Assembly (NCBI GenBank): GCA_964543385.1
Contig: CAZIYE010000001.1
Location: forward strand, 240,001 to 272,000
Length of the DNA: 32,000 nucleotides
Origin: an uncultured Candidatus Saccharibacteria bacterium
Lineage (GTDB): Bacteria; Patescibacteriota; UBA1384; XYA2-FULL-43-10; 1-14-0-10-43-13
Direction: 5' to 3'
Shown: positions 24,359 through 31,364 of the stretch, piece after piece
Layout of the letters: every line of letters begins with the position of its first letter
Numbering within the stretch: position 1 is the stretch's first letter
Made by a program: the position numbers and the translations under genes
The notes under the pieces: model-generated
The model's input: only the letters and a program-made list of their open reading frames with translations
The model's database searches: none
What the model was told of the DNA's origin: nothing

Positions 24359-25375
24359 CTAGTATCTTCCTACCTTGTTCCAGGCAAATCTTTGATGCTT
24401 CTTGATAGTTGCGGCGACCCTAAAAAGTGCATAAAAATATGAAATAATATTCATGATGTAAAATACTGGAAATAACAGGATATACGGTATTATCCACCAC
24501 TTTTTTTCAATAATTGAGATCAAAAAGGCACATACGTAGATTGTCGCAAACATCCCAGAAACGATATTTAAAATTATGGAAGGATAAAATATCGCAAGTG
24601 TCAATGAAGCTATCCAGATAAAATTATCCAGAAATAGGAAATTCAGTTCGAAATTATATTTAGAATTGATCTTGTGAAGTTTATGTTGAAAATAGTTCTG
24701 CCATGTACCCGTATTCCAGCGCAGAACTTGTCTCCAATAGTCTTTTATTGTGAGCGGGTCTTGAGTTACTACAATTGCCTTTGATACATAAACCACTTCC
24801 CCCAACTTTCTCTGATGAATCTGAATAGTGAGATCAAAGTCCTCGGTCAAAGTTCCATTTTTTAAATCTAGTTTTTTTAGTACTTTGCTGCTGTACATTG
24901 AGGCGCAACCAGGGGCAACGGTAATTACTCTGACAAAGTTCTGAGCATTTTTGTATACCCTATGAGAAAGCCCATACTCAAAGGTTCTAAATGCACTGAT
25001 AAGACCTTTTTTGCGAGACTTAACAGTCCCCACTATCAATGCAGGATTTTCAGCAAGATGAACTTTTATTTCCTCTAAAAAATTTGGGTCAAGCTCGCTA
25101 TCTGCATCGGAAAATAGCACATATTTGTATCGTTTGATCAGTTGATACTTGTCAATAATTTTCTCCTGAGCGAGAGCCTTGCCGTGGTTTTTGCCTAAAT
25201 CCAAAACAAATACTTCTTCCTTCCTTGCTAAACTCACTGTTCTATCCGTTGAACCATCGCTTACTACATAGATGTCCTTCTTATTAAAAATATTTTTTAA
25301 AGAACGCAAAGAAGAGGAAATAACCTTTTCCTCATTAAGGGCGGGTATAACCACGCAAAATTCTCTTTTGGTCAT
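24359..25375 (-). CDS. family-2 glycosyltransferase with processive-synthase signature and C-terminal TM helices, 338 aa
   Basis: CVVIPALNEE, VVSDGSTD, FSDADS (DxD), LTEDFDLT (TED), RQVLRW (QxxRW), then 3-4 C-terminal TM helices. No N-terminal TM helix. Confidence 0.85.
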   Translation of the reverse strand: MTKREFCVVIPALNEEKVISSSLRSLKNIFNKKDIYVVSDGSTDRTVSLARKEEVFVLDLGKNHGKALAQEKIIDKYQLIKRYKYVLFSDADSELDPNFLEEIKVHLAENPALIVGTVKSRKKGLISAFRTFEYGLSHRVYKNAQNFVRVITVAPGCASMYSSKVLKKLDLKNGTLTEDFDLTIQIHQRKLGEVVYVSKAIVVTQDPLTIKDYWRQVLRWNTGTWQNYFQHKLHKINSKYNFELNFLFLDNFIWIASLTLAIFYPSIILNIVSGMFATIYVCAFLISIIEKKWWIIPYILLFPVFYIMNIISYFYALFRVAATIKKHQRFAWNKVGRY

Positions 25376-25488
25376 TATTTATTTCTCAACTTTTTAATTA
25401 ATTTCGATGGTACAAAAATCACTCCCGCAAAAAAAGTAACCGCGAGGTGTCCCAAAAAACTTGGGCCAAATGCAAATGGAAAGTACAT
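25375..25488 (-). CDS. 37-aa single-TM peptide, translationally coupled to the GT2 gene (below the ORF-track cutoff)
   Basis: ATG 25488 is preceded by AAGAAGGAG at 5-nt spacing. Translation: MYFPFAFGPSFLGHLAVTFFAGVIFVPSKLIKKLRNK. Its TAA overlaps the GT2 ATG (TAATG at 25373-25377). Confidence 0.55.
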   Translation of the reverse strand: MYFPFAFGPSFLGHLAVTFFAGVIFVPSKLIKKLRNK

Positions 25489-25703
25489 GTTGCTCCTTCT
25501 TTATTACTACCTTATTTACTTGTAACGATTAAGAACTATCTTACTTTTACTGAATGGTTTTTTTAGTAGTAAATGTCCTAATCAAGCAATACTTGCAATA
25601 AGCTAAAGTTATATAAAATCACAATTACAAAATCTGGTTTTAAATGTAAAACAATAGCATAGGTAAAAATCCATACAATTAAATAACAAGCAAGGAAAGG
25701 AAA

Positions 25704-28349
25704 ATGAACAAAACGATTTTTAAATTTATTGTCATCTTCTCTGTTTTAACCTCTGGACTAGTACCGGCTCCATATTCGAGCAAGGCTAAGGCTGTAGAAA
25801 ACAATTTGGTATCCAACCCATCGGTTGAACAAATTGACAGCACCACCAATATCCCTGTCGGTTGGAAGAATGGTAATTGGGGTAGTAACATAACGTCCTA
25901 CTCGGTTAACTCCATCGGATATAACAGCGATAGAAGCCTTAGAGTAGATATCACCAATTATCAAGATGGTGATGCCAAATGGTATTTTGATAAGGTTACC
26001 GTTGATCCAACAAAAAAATATATATTCTCTGATTACTATCAATCTAATATATATAATGAAGTAGTTGCGGAACTAACAGATCTAAATAACAATGTTAGTT
26101 ACCAATGGATGGGCGGTTTACAGGCGAGCACAGACTGGACAAGATCATCGTTTGAATTCGATGTACCAGCCGGAACAGCCTACCTAACTATTTATCATTT
26201 AATTAATTCCAATGGATTTCTAACCACTGACAGTTACACAATAAATGAGGTGGTCAATGAAAATGCCACAATTACTGACAACGTACCAAATAATAGTTTA
26301 GAACAAATAAATTATCAGGATAATTCCCCTCTCTCTTGGAATAAGAATAGTTGGGGCACAAACACAGCTTCATTTGAATATTTAAACACCGGTCATACCG
26401 GTAGTAAATCAGCCAAAACTATAATATCTGACTATACTAGTGGTGATGCAAAGTGGTACTTTACACCTCAACAAATTGTCGGGGGAAAGACATATCAGTT
26501 TGCCGACTATTATCAATCCAGCATACCTTCACAGGTGATTCTAATGATCACCAAAAGTGATGGTAGCGTTGTATATCAGGAGCTAAAAAGCACCGAGCCA
26601 GCATCTGACTGGAAAGAATATAGTGATAATTTTAATATAGCTACCGATGTCTCAAACATATCGGTATTGCATGTTATTTCTGCATCAGGATTTCTCATAA
26701 CCGATGACTACTCTATTAAGGAAGTAATCCCTGAAAACGTTATCTATACCGATAATGTTCCAAATGCTGGGGCAGAGCAGGTTTCAGCAAATAGCAACTT
26801 ACCCCTAGCATGGAATAGCAACAGTTGGGGCACTAATACGGCTACTTTCGAATACCTAGATACTGGCTATAGTGGTGCAAAATCTCTCAAAACTAGCATC
26901 TCTGGCTACACAGATGGTGATGCTAAATGGTATTTTAATAAGATAGCCCTAAATCCTGCTAGATATACATTCTCTGATTATTATAAATCAGATGTGGCCT
27001 CTGATATCGTTGCCGAATTTGAAGATCAAAATGGCAATATCAGTTATCAATGGCTCGGGACATTTCCGTTATCAAGTGAATGGGCCGAGGCCTCTGTTAG
27101 CTTCGACCTGCCTAGCACAGCCAAATACTTTGCAATATTTCATCTTATTAGTCAAAATGGTTTCTTAATAACTGATGATTATTCGATCAAAAAATCAGAA
27201 GATCGATCTCCTGATTTAACTATCCCAAATGGCAATGTCGAGGAAGTTTCCACTACAGATATCCACCTTCCATCTGGGTGGTCGACAGACAAATGGGGTA
27301 CAAATACAGCTTCATTTGAGTATTTAAACACCGGATACAATAGTAACCGATCATTAAAAACCACTATTTCCGCTTACACGAGAGGTGACGCTAAATGGTA
27401 TTTCAATCACCAAAATGTTATACCGGGAACAACTTACCAATTTTCAAATTATTACCAGTCCGACATTCCCTCACAAGTAACAGTCGAGATAATAAAAGAA
27501 GATGGTAACTATGACTATCTGAACTTAAAGGTTGCCGAAGCATCGGCTACATGGCAGAAATACACCGATACCTTCTCGATACCACTTGGGGTTAGTCAAA
27601 TAACGATATTTCACTTTATCTCAGCAGTCGGTTTTCTTGTTACAGATAATTATTCGATAAATTCTTACCAGCCAACCAGTTTTAGCAGACCAATTGTAAG
27701 CTTAACTTTTGACGATGGCTGGGAGGATAATGTCACTACTGCTTTGCCGGTTATGACTCAATATGGGTTCAGATCAACTCAATATTATGCAACCACTTTT
27801 ATCAATAATAATCAGGCTGAGGCTGCCATCAAGATTGGCCAATTTGTCCTTGCGGGGCATGAAATTGGATCACATAGTATTACACATCCGGATCTGACAA
27901 CTTTAAGCGAGGCTGATTTAATTGCAGAGATAGCAAGTTCCAAGGCGACTCTAGAAGGAATTGCTGGGTTAGGCAATATCAAGGCATTTGCAACACCATT
28001 TGGTGCCTATAATGCAAATGTAGTTACGAAAATACTGGAATATTATGAATCCCATCGTAGTACTGACGTTGGCCTTAATACTAAAGATACCGCCAATATT
28101 GATAACATCCGGGTTAAGAATATGCTCTATAGCACCACTCTTGCAGAATATCAGTCATGGATCGACCAAGCTGTCCGTGATAATGCCTGGCTTGTCCTCG
28201 TTTACCATCGTGTTGCTGATAATCCTGGCGCTTATGATAGCTACATCTCGGATTTCGCCGCTCAAATGCAGTATGTTAACAATTCAGGGATAACCGTTTT
28301 GCCTGTCAGCGAAGCCTTAACCGAAATCACAACACAAATCACGCTATAA
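25704..28349 (+). CDS. secreted multidomain protein: signal peptide, four ~158-aa carbohydrate-binding-like modules, and a C-terminal CE4 (NodB-type) polysaccharide deacetylase domain, 881 aa
   Basis: Signal peptide MNKTIFKFIVIFSVLTSGLVPAPYSSKAKA. Four repeats each carry W(G)(S/T)N..., GDAKWYF, (S/A)(D/N)YY(Q/K)S and GFL(I/T)TD.Y(S/T)I. CE4 motifs: LTFDDGW and HSITHP, plus the rest of a NodB-like domain. Confidence 0.85.
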   Translation: MNKTIFKFIVIFSVLTSGLVPAPYSSKAKAVENNLVSNPSVEQIDSTTNIPVGWKNGNWGSNITSYSVNSIGYNSDRSLRVDITNYQDGDAKWYFDKVTVDPTKKYIFSDYYQSNIYNEVVAELTDLNNNVSYQWMGGLQASTDWTRSSFEFDVPAGTAYLTIYHLINSNGFLTTDSYTINEVVNENATITDNVPNNSLEQINYQDNSPLSWNKNSWGTNTASFEYLNTGHTGSKSAKTIISDYTSGDAKWYFTPQQIVGGKTYQFADYYQSSIPSQVILMITKSDGSVVYQELKSTEPASDWKEYSDNFNIATDVSNISVLHVISASGFLITDDYSIKEVIPENVIYTDNVPNAGAEQVSANSNLPLAWNSNSWGTNTATFEYLDTGYSGAKSLKTSISGYTDGDAKWYFNKIALNPARYTFSDYYKSDVASDIVAEFEDQNGNISYQWLGTFPLSSEWAEASVSFDLPSTAKYFAIFHLISQNGFLITDDYSIKKSEDRSPDLTIPNGNVEEVSTTDIHLPSGWSTDKWGTNTASFEYLNTGYNSNRSLKTTISAYTRGDAKWYFNHQNVIPGTTYQFSNYYQSDIPSQVTVEIIKEDGNYDYLNLKVAEASATWQKYTDTFSIPLGVSQITIFHFISAVGFLVTDNYSINSYQPTSFSRPIVSLTFDDGWEDNVTTALPVMTQYGFRSTQYYATTFINNNQAEAAIKIGQFVLAGHEIGSHSITHPDLTTLSEADLIAEIASSKATLEGIAGLGNIKAFATPFGAYNANVVTKILEYYESHRSTDVGLNTKDTANIDNIRVKNMLYSTTLAEYQSWIDQAVRDNAWLVLVYHRVADNPGAYDSYISDFAAQMQYVNNSGITVLPVSEALTEITTQITL
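25797..27666 (+). repeat. four tandem intragenic domain repeats (period ~474 nt) with an A-B-A-B relationship
   Basis: The GGTGA(T/C)GC(N)AA(A/G)TGG (GDAKW) codons start at 25968, 26442, 26916 and 27384, giving spacings of 474, 474 and 468 nt. Repeats 1 and 3 share SYQW(M/L)G. Repeats 2 and 4 share TYQF..YYQS.IPSQV. Boundaries are approximate. Confidence 0.85.
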
Positions 28350-28360
28350 TATACCATACA

Positions 28361-28388
28361 AAAACAGGCTAGATATCTAGCCTGTTTT
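28361..28388. terminator. bidirectional terminator between the CE4 gene and recO
   Basis: Near-palindrome aaaacaggctagat (28361-28374) / atctagcctgtttt (28375-28388). Confidence 0.75.
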
Positions 28389-28417
28389 GTTGTATCAAAA
28401 GCTATTCTTTTATGTAG

Positions 28418-29158
28418 TCATCCTACCATCTTCAAGAACTTCTTGCTCTTCAGCTCTTGCTCCAGAATGTTTTGTATATACTTCGCCAATAATTCTTCCG
28501 CCTCGTATTGAACTTCCCCGCCAAACTTCAGTAAATTAATTCTCGCAAAATCATTCTTTTCTATAAATCTCAAAAGCTTGATTGTCTCATCTGAAATCGT
28601 ATGTCCGTGATGAAATTTTCCTTGGCAATTTTCGCAGATTATGCCACCCTCAATCGCATCCCAAAAATTTTTTTCTGGAGTTATTTTTTCCTTACAGTGA
28701 ATACAATTGTAGAGTTCGGGCTTAAAACCCAGTGCCTCTATCAACTTCAGTTCGAAAGCCCTTACAAAAATAAGTCTGTCTGTTTTTTCTAATGATTCAA
28801 GAGAGGAAACAAACAGAGCAAAAACATCATTTAATCTCTGTTCTTCTTGCAAAAATTTATCAATCAATTCTCCCAGAAAAAAGGCCTGTGCGGTTTTCCT
28901 GATATCTGTATGTATATTAGAGAAATCATTCTCTATTCGTGCACCTGTTACAGTATAAAAAGTTTTCCCTTCATAAAACTGCAGATCTAATAACATAAAT
29001 GGTTCTAGTGAACCGGCTAGATGAGACTTTATCTTTCTTATACCCTTTGCAATAACTTTAACTTTTCCAAAACGTTCAGTAAAAACAGTTAATATCTTAT
29101 CAGCTTCACCAAAATTAATCCCCCTCAAAACTATCCCTTTTGTTTTGTATGTTGCCAT
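28418..29158 (-). CDS. recO: DNA repair protein RecO, 246 aa
   Basis: N-terminal OB-fold pattern (KTKGIVLRGINFGEADKILTVFTERFGKVKVIAKGIRK) and a zinc-finger pair (CIHC ... CENC). ATG 29158 is preferred over TTG 29176. Confidence 0.85.
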   Translation of the reverse strand: MATYKTKGIVLRGINFGEADKILTVFTERFGKVKVIAKGIRKIKSHLAGSLEPFMLLDLQFYEGKTFYTVTGARIENDFSNIHTDIRKTAQAFFLGELIDKFLQEEQRLNDVFALFVSSLESLEKTDRLIFVRAFELKLIEALGFKPELYNCIHCKEKITPEKNFWDAIEGGIICENCQGKFHHGHTISDETIKLLRFIEKNDFARINLLKFGGEVQYEAEELLAKYIQNILEQELKSKKFLKMVG

Positions 29159-29204
29159 ATTAGAAAAGGATAACAAAAGACGAGATAAAAGAGAAATTAT
29201 TTGA

Positions 29205-29960
29205 CTACTGATTGCGCCGCTGTAATATTTCTTCAGCTTTTTTTAGTTGCTCAGGATTATTTATACCGAGACCCTCACCAATCTCAGAGACAGGAATACA
29301 TAAGACTTTTTTGTTTTGATTTGCAGCAATTTTTATCATGTCGGTTAGGTAATATTCCCCTTGAGCATTATTGGTGCTCAATTTATCATAATTACCCCAA
29401 AACCAATCAGCATCAAAGATATAAAAGCCAGGATTACACTCCTCGATATCTAGTTGTTCCTCACTGCAATCTTTTTGCTCAACAATATCAACTACATGAT
29501 TGCTTTCATCCTTAATAATTCGCCCAAAAGCCCAAAATCGAGGATTATTAAAAACTACCGAAAGCATAGCTATTGTAGGCTTCTCCTTTTCATGGAGATC
29601 AATCAGCCTCCTAACAGTTTCCGGTTTATACAATGGATTGTCGCCATAGAAGACTATTATAGATTCTGCTTTGCCTTTAAGCACACTCCTTGCTTGGGCT
29701 GCTGCATGGCCAGTACCAAGTTGTTGTTCTTGCACTGCGTACTCAACTTCGTCGCCAAAATATTCTTCAATAAGCTCTTTTCTATATCCCACAACCAAAA
29801 CAACCTTTTTTATGCCAGCATCTTTTATTAATTTGACGCTATGATATATCACTGGCTTTCCAGCCGCCTCAAACATAACTTTTGGAATTGGCGAGGCTAC
29901 ACCCTCATTCATTCTAGTCCCCTTGCCCGCAGCAAGTATTACAGCAGCATATTTCTCCAT
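29205..29960 (-). CDS. GlmU-like sugar-1-phosphate uridylyltransferase (N-terminal pyrophosphorylase domain only), 251 aa
   Basis: AVILAAGKGTRM, EQQLGTGHAAAQA, VFYGDNPL and GEYYLTDMI match GlmU uridyltransferase motifs. The ORF ends without a left-handed beta-helix acetyltransferase domain. AAGGAG lies 6 nt upstream of the ATG. Confidence 0.8.
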   Translation of the reverse strand: MEKYAAVILAAGKGTRMNEGVASPIPKVMFEAAGKPVIYHSVKLIKDAGIKKVVLVVGYRKELIEEYFGDEVEYAVQEQQLGTGHAAAQARSVLKGKAESIIVFYGDNPLYKPETVRRLIDLHEKEKPTIAMLSVVFNNPRFWAFGRIIKDESNHVVDIVEQKDCSEEQLDIEECNPGFYIFDADWFWGNYDKLSTNNAQGEYYLTDMIKIAANQNKKVLCIPVSEIGEGLGINNPEQLKKAEEILQRRNQ

Positions 29961-30028
29961 GCGATGCTCCTTGATCTTAAAATTAGTTAACGATTCGAGT
30001 ATAGCAAAAAATTATTATAAAACGAAAG

Positions 30029-30059
30029 GGCGAAACACCTATTTTAAAGGTGTTTCGCC
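30029..30059 (-). terminator. terminator hairpin downstream of the 101-aa gene
   Basis: Perfect 12-bp stem ggcgaaacacct (30029-30040) / aggtgtttcgcc (30048-30059). Minus sense is followed by ctttcgtttta. Confidence 0.65.
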
Positions 30060-30065
30060 GGCCAT

Positions 30066-30371
30066 TCACCAAGCATAGTGAGCTCGTGTCCCCCTTTTTT
30101 TATCTTGTCCCTTGCAAATAGCAAAGAGCTGACGTGCAAACAGGATTTCGATAGTCGAAAAATCTGTAAGCTGTGCGACTAAATCCTCTTGGCAAGTCGC
30201 ACCATGATTGATCAAATTGATCACCTGTTGGGCCTTTTCGCCCAATAGAACGATCTGACCAACCGCATGAGGTCTTCTGGATTCTGGTAGCCCCATGATG
30301 GAAGCCACAAGATCAGCAGTTGCATTATCAAGCATCGATGCTTCCCCTTCTCTGCTATCTGGTTCGGACAT
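30066..30371 (-). CDS. hypothetical protein, 101 aa, GC-rich relative to host
   Basis: ATG 30371 with GGGGGG 7 nt upstream, and its own downstream terminator. I recognise no motif (MSEPDSREGEASMLDNATADLVASIMGLPE...). Confidence 0.6.
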   Translation of the reverse strand: MSEPDSREGEASMLDNATADLVASIMGLPESRRPHAVGQIVLLGEKAQQVINLINHGATCQEDLVAQLTDFSTIEILFARQLFAICKGQDKKRGTRAHYAW

Positions 30372-30400
30372 AAAATGTCCCCCCTTTTGTTTGATATACT

Positions 30401-30428
30401 GAGATCCGATAGCTACCTATCCGATCTC
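30401..30428. repeat. near-perfect 12-bp inverted repeat upstream of the 101-aa gene (operator or 5' hairpin candidate)
   Basis: gagatccgatag (30401-30412), loop ctac, ctatccgatctc (30417-30428); 11 of 12 positions pair. It lies immediately upstream of a TATATC -10-like box (30398-30393, minus). Confidence 0.5.
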
Positions 30429-30593
30429 TCCAGACAAACAAAAAACTGGCCCAAGCCAGCTATTTATTCACTATTATTAATTTATAATTCGACTACACAA
30501 AAAATGCCGGCTTTACCAGATAATCAGATTGCCACCACCAATTTTGTGAATGATTAATCATTTCTAATATATTAACATAAGCGATAATAATTT

Positions 30594-30629
30594 AAAAAGT
30601 GGGTGGGGCCGCTTATTAGGCGGCCACCC
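30594..30629 (-). terminator. GC-rich terminator hairpin downstream of the 86-aa gene
   Basis: gggtgg(gg)ccgc (30601-30612) / gcggccaccc (30620-30629), a 6+4 bp stem with a 2-nt bulge. Minus sense is followed by acTTTTTaaatt. Confidence 0.65.
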
Positions 30630-30644
30630 GGTCGAAAGAATGTC

Positions 30645-30905
30645 TTAATTGCATAATGCAATCCTCTGACATTCAAGATGATGGATTGGATAGTCCTTCA
30701 TCAGAAAATAATAACGAGTTATCGCCTTGAGGCGCTCATTCAAGATGATGCCACACCGAGCAAATGCGTCAAAAGCATCACTTTCGCTTGATGCAGCAAG
30801 AACAACTGGGGGTAAGAATTCTTTGGCTAATGCCATTAACTCTTTGCCGCTAATAACCGACCTATCCTTGGAAGAACGATCAGGACGGCAGAAATAGCTA
30901 CTCAT
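30645..30905 (-). CDS. hypothetical protein, 86 aa, GC-rich relative to host
   Basis: ATG 30905 with AAAGGAG 7 nt upstream, a TGTATAAT box about 25 nt further upstream, and its own terminator. No family recognised (MSSYFCRPDRSSKDRSVISGKELMALAKEF...). Confidence 0.6.
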   Translation of the reverse strand: MSSYFCRPDRSSKDRSVISGKELMALAKEFLPPVVLAASSESDAFDAFARCGIILNERLKAITRYYFLMKDYPIHHLECQRIALCN

Positions 30906-30931
30906 CACACAGCTCCTTTGGGGTTTTTGGT

Positions 30932-30939
30932 ATTATACA
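30932..30939 (-). promoter_or_regulatory. candidate -10 (TGTATAAT) for the 86-aa gene
   Basis: Minus strand reads gtcgcTGTATAATacc. The -35 is weak. Confidence 0.4.
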
Positions 30940-30971
30940 GCGACTTGCATAAGCAAATCGCCATAAATAAC

Positions 30972-30994
30972 AAAAAATCTGGCCTTTTGGCCAG
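30972..30994 (-). terminator. terminator hairpin (minus sense)
   Basis: ctggcc (30979-30984), loop tttt, ggccag (30989-30994). Minus sense is followed by aTTTTTTg. Confidence 0.6.
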
Positions 30995-31028
30995 CTTTGT
31001 TAAATTTTTTTTATAACTTTATGAACTT

Positions 31029-31142
31029 TTAATTAAAAATTGCTGGCCTTTGGTCAGATGTAAAGTAAAAGTAAAACCAGTTTTTAGTAGTAATAATATT
31101 CATCGATATAATCAATCTAGCAAATCATCATTTTGATGTCAA
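31029..31142 (-). ncRNA. mini transcription unit: promoter, ~75-nt transcript (sRNA or 24-codon near-leaderless ORF), terminator
   Basis: Minus strand: TTGACA (31142-31137), 17 nt, TAGATT (31119-31114). ATG at 31103 (MNIITTKNWFYFYFTSDQRPAIFN, stop 31029-31031). Hairpin ctgacc aaa ggccag (31057-31043) followed by caATTTTTaatt. Confidence 0.35.
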
Positions 31143-31160
31143 TTAAACAGCTTGGGTGAC

Positions 31161-31196
31161 GGGAGAGTGCTGTATACATGTTGCCAGCACTCTCCC
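31161..31196 (-). terminator. 12-bp GC-rich stem-loop immediately downstream of the 52-aa ORF (terminator candidate without a T-run)
   Basis: gggagagtgctg (31161-31172) / cagcactctccc (31185-31196), with a 12-nt loop. Confidence 0.45.
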
Positions 31197-31201
31197 CGAC
31201 C

Positions 31202-31360
31202 TTACATTTGAATTGTCGCCGGATCCTTTAGGCACTTGCCCTTAGGATGATGGCGACGGCACTTGGGACACCACACGGGGATGTCCACGCCATCAGATGG
31301 CGTTGAGGGGGGAATCCATGGTTGCCGCTTTCGCGGCATCTCAGAGGGGGTTGTCGGCAT
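31202..31360 (-). CDS. small Pro/Lys/Arg-rich protein with a CxxC...C motif, 52 aa (internal start of the 85-aa track ORF)
   Basis: ATG 31360 lies 7 nt after GGAG and 4 nt after the stop of the upstream 143-aa gene (GGAGTGAAATCATG). Translation: MPTTPSEMPRKRQPWIPPSTPSDGVDIPVWCPKCRRHHPKGKCLKDPATIQM. The composition is somewhat frame-artefact-like, so confidence is low. Confidence 0.4.
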   Translation of the reverse strand: MPTTPSEMPRKRQPWIPPSTPSDGVDIPVWCPKCRRHHPKGKCLKDPATIQM

Positions 31361-31364
31361 GATT

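Noticed and set aside
30375-30557. 60-aa plus-strand ORF in the spacer between the 101-aa and 86-aa genes
   Set aside because: It has no SD, it runs through the inverted repeat and minus-sense hairpins, and it barely reaches the length cutoff in AT-rich DNA.
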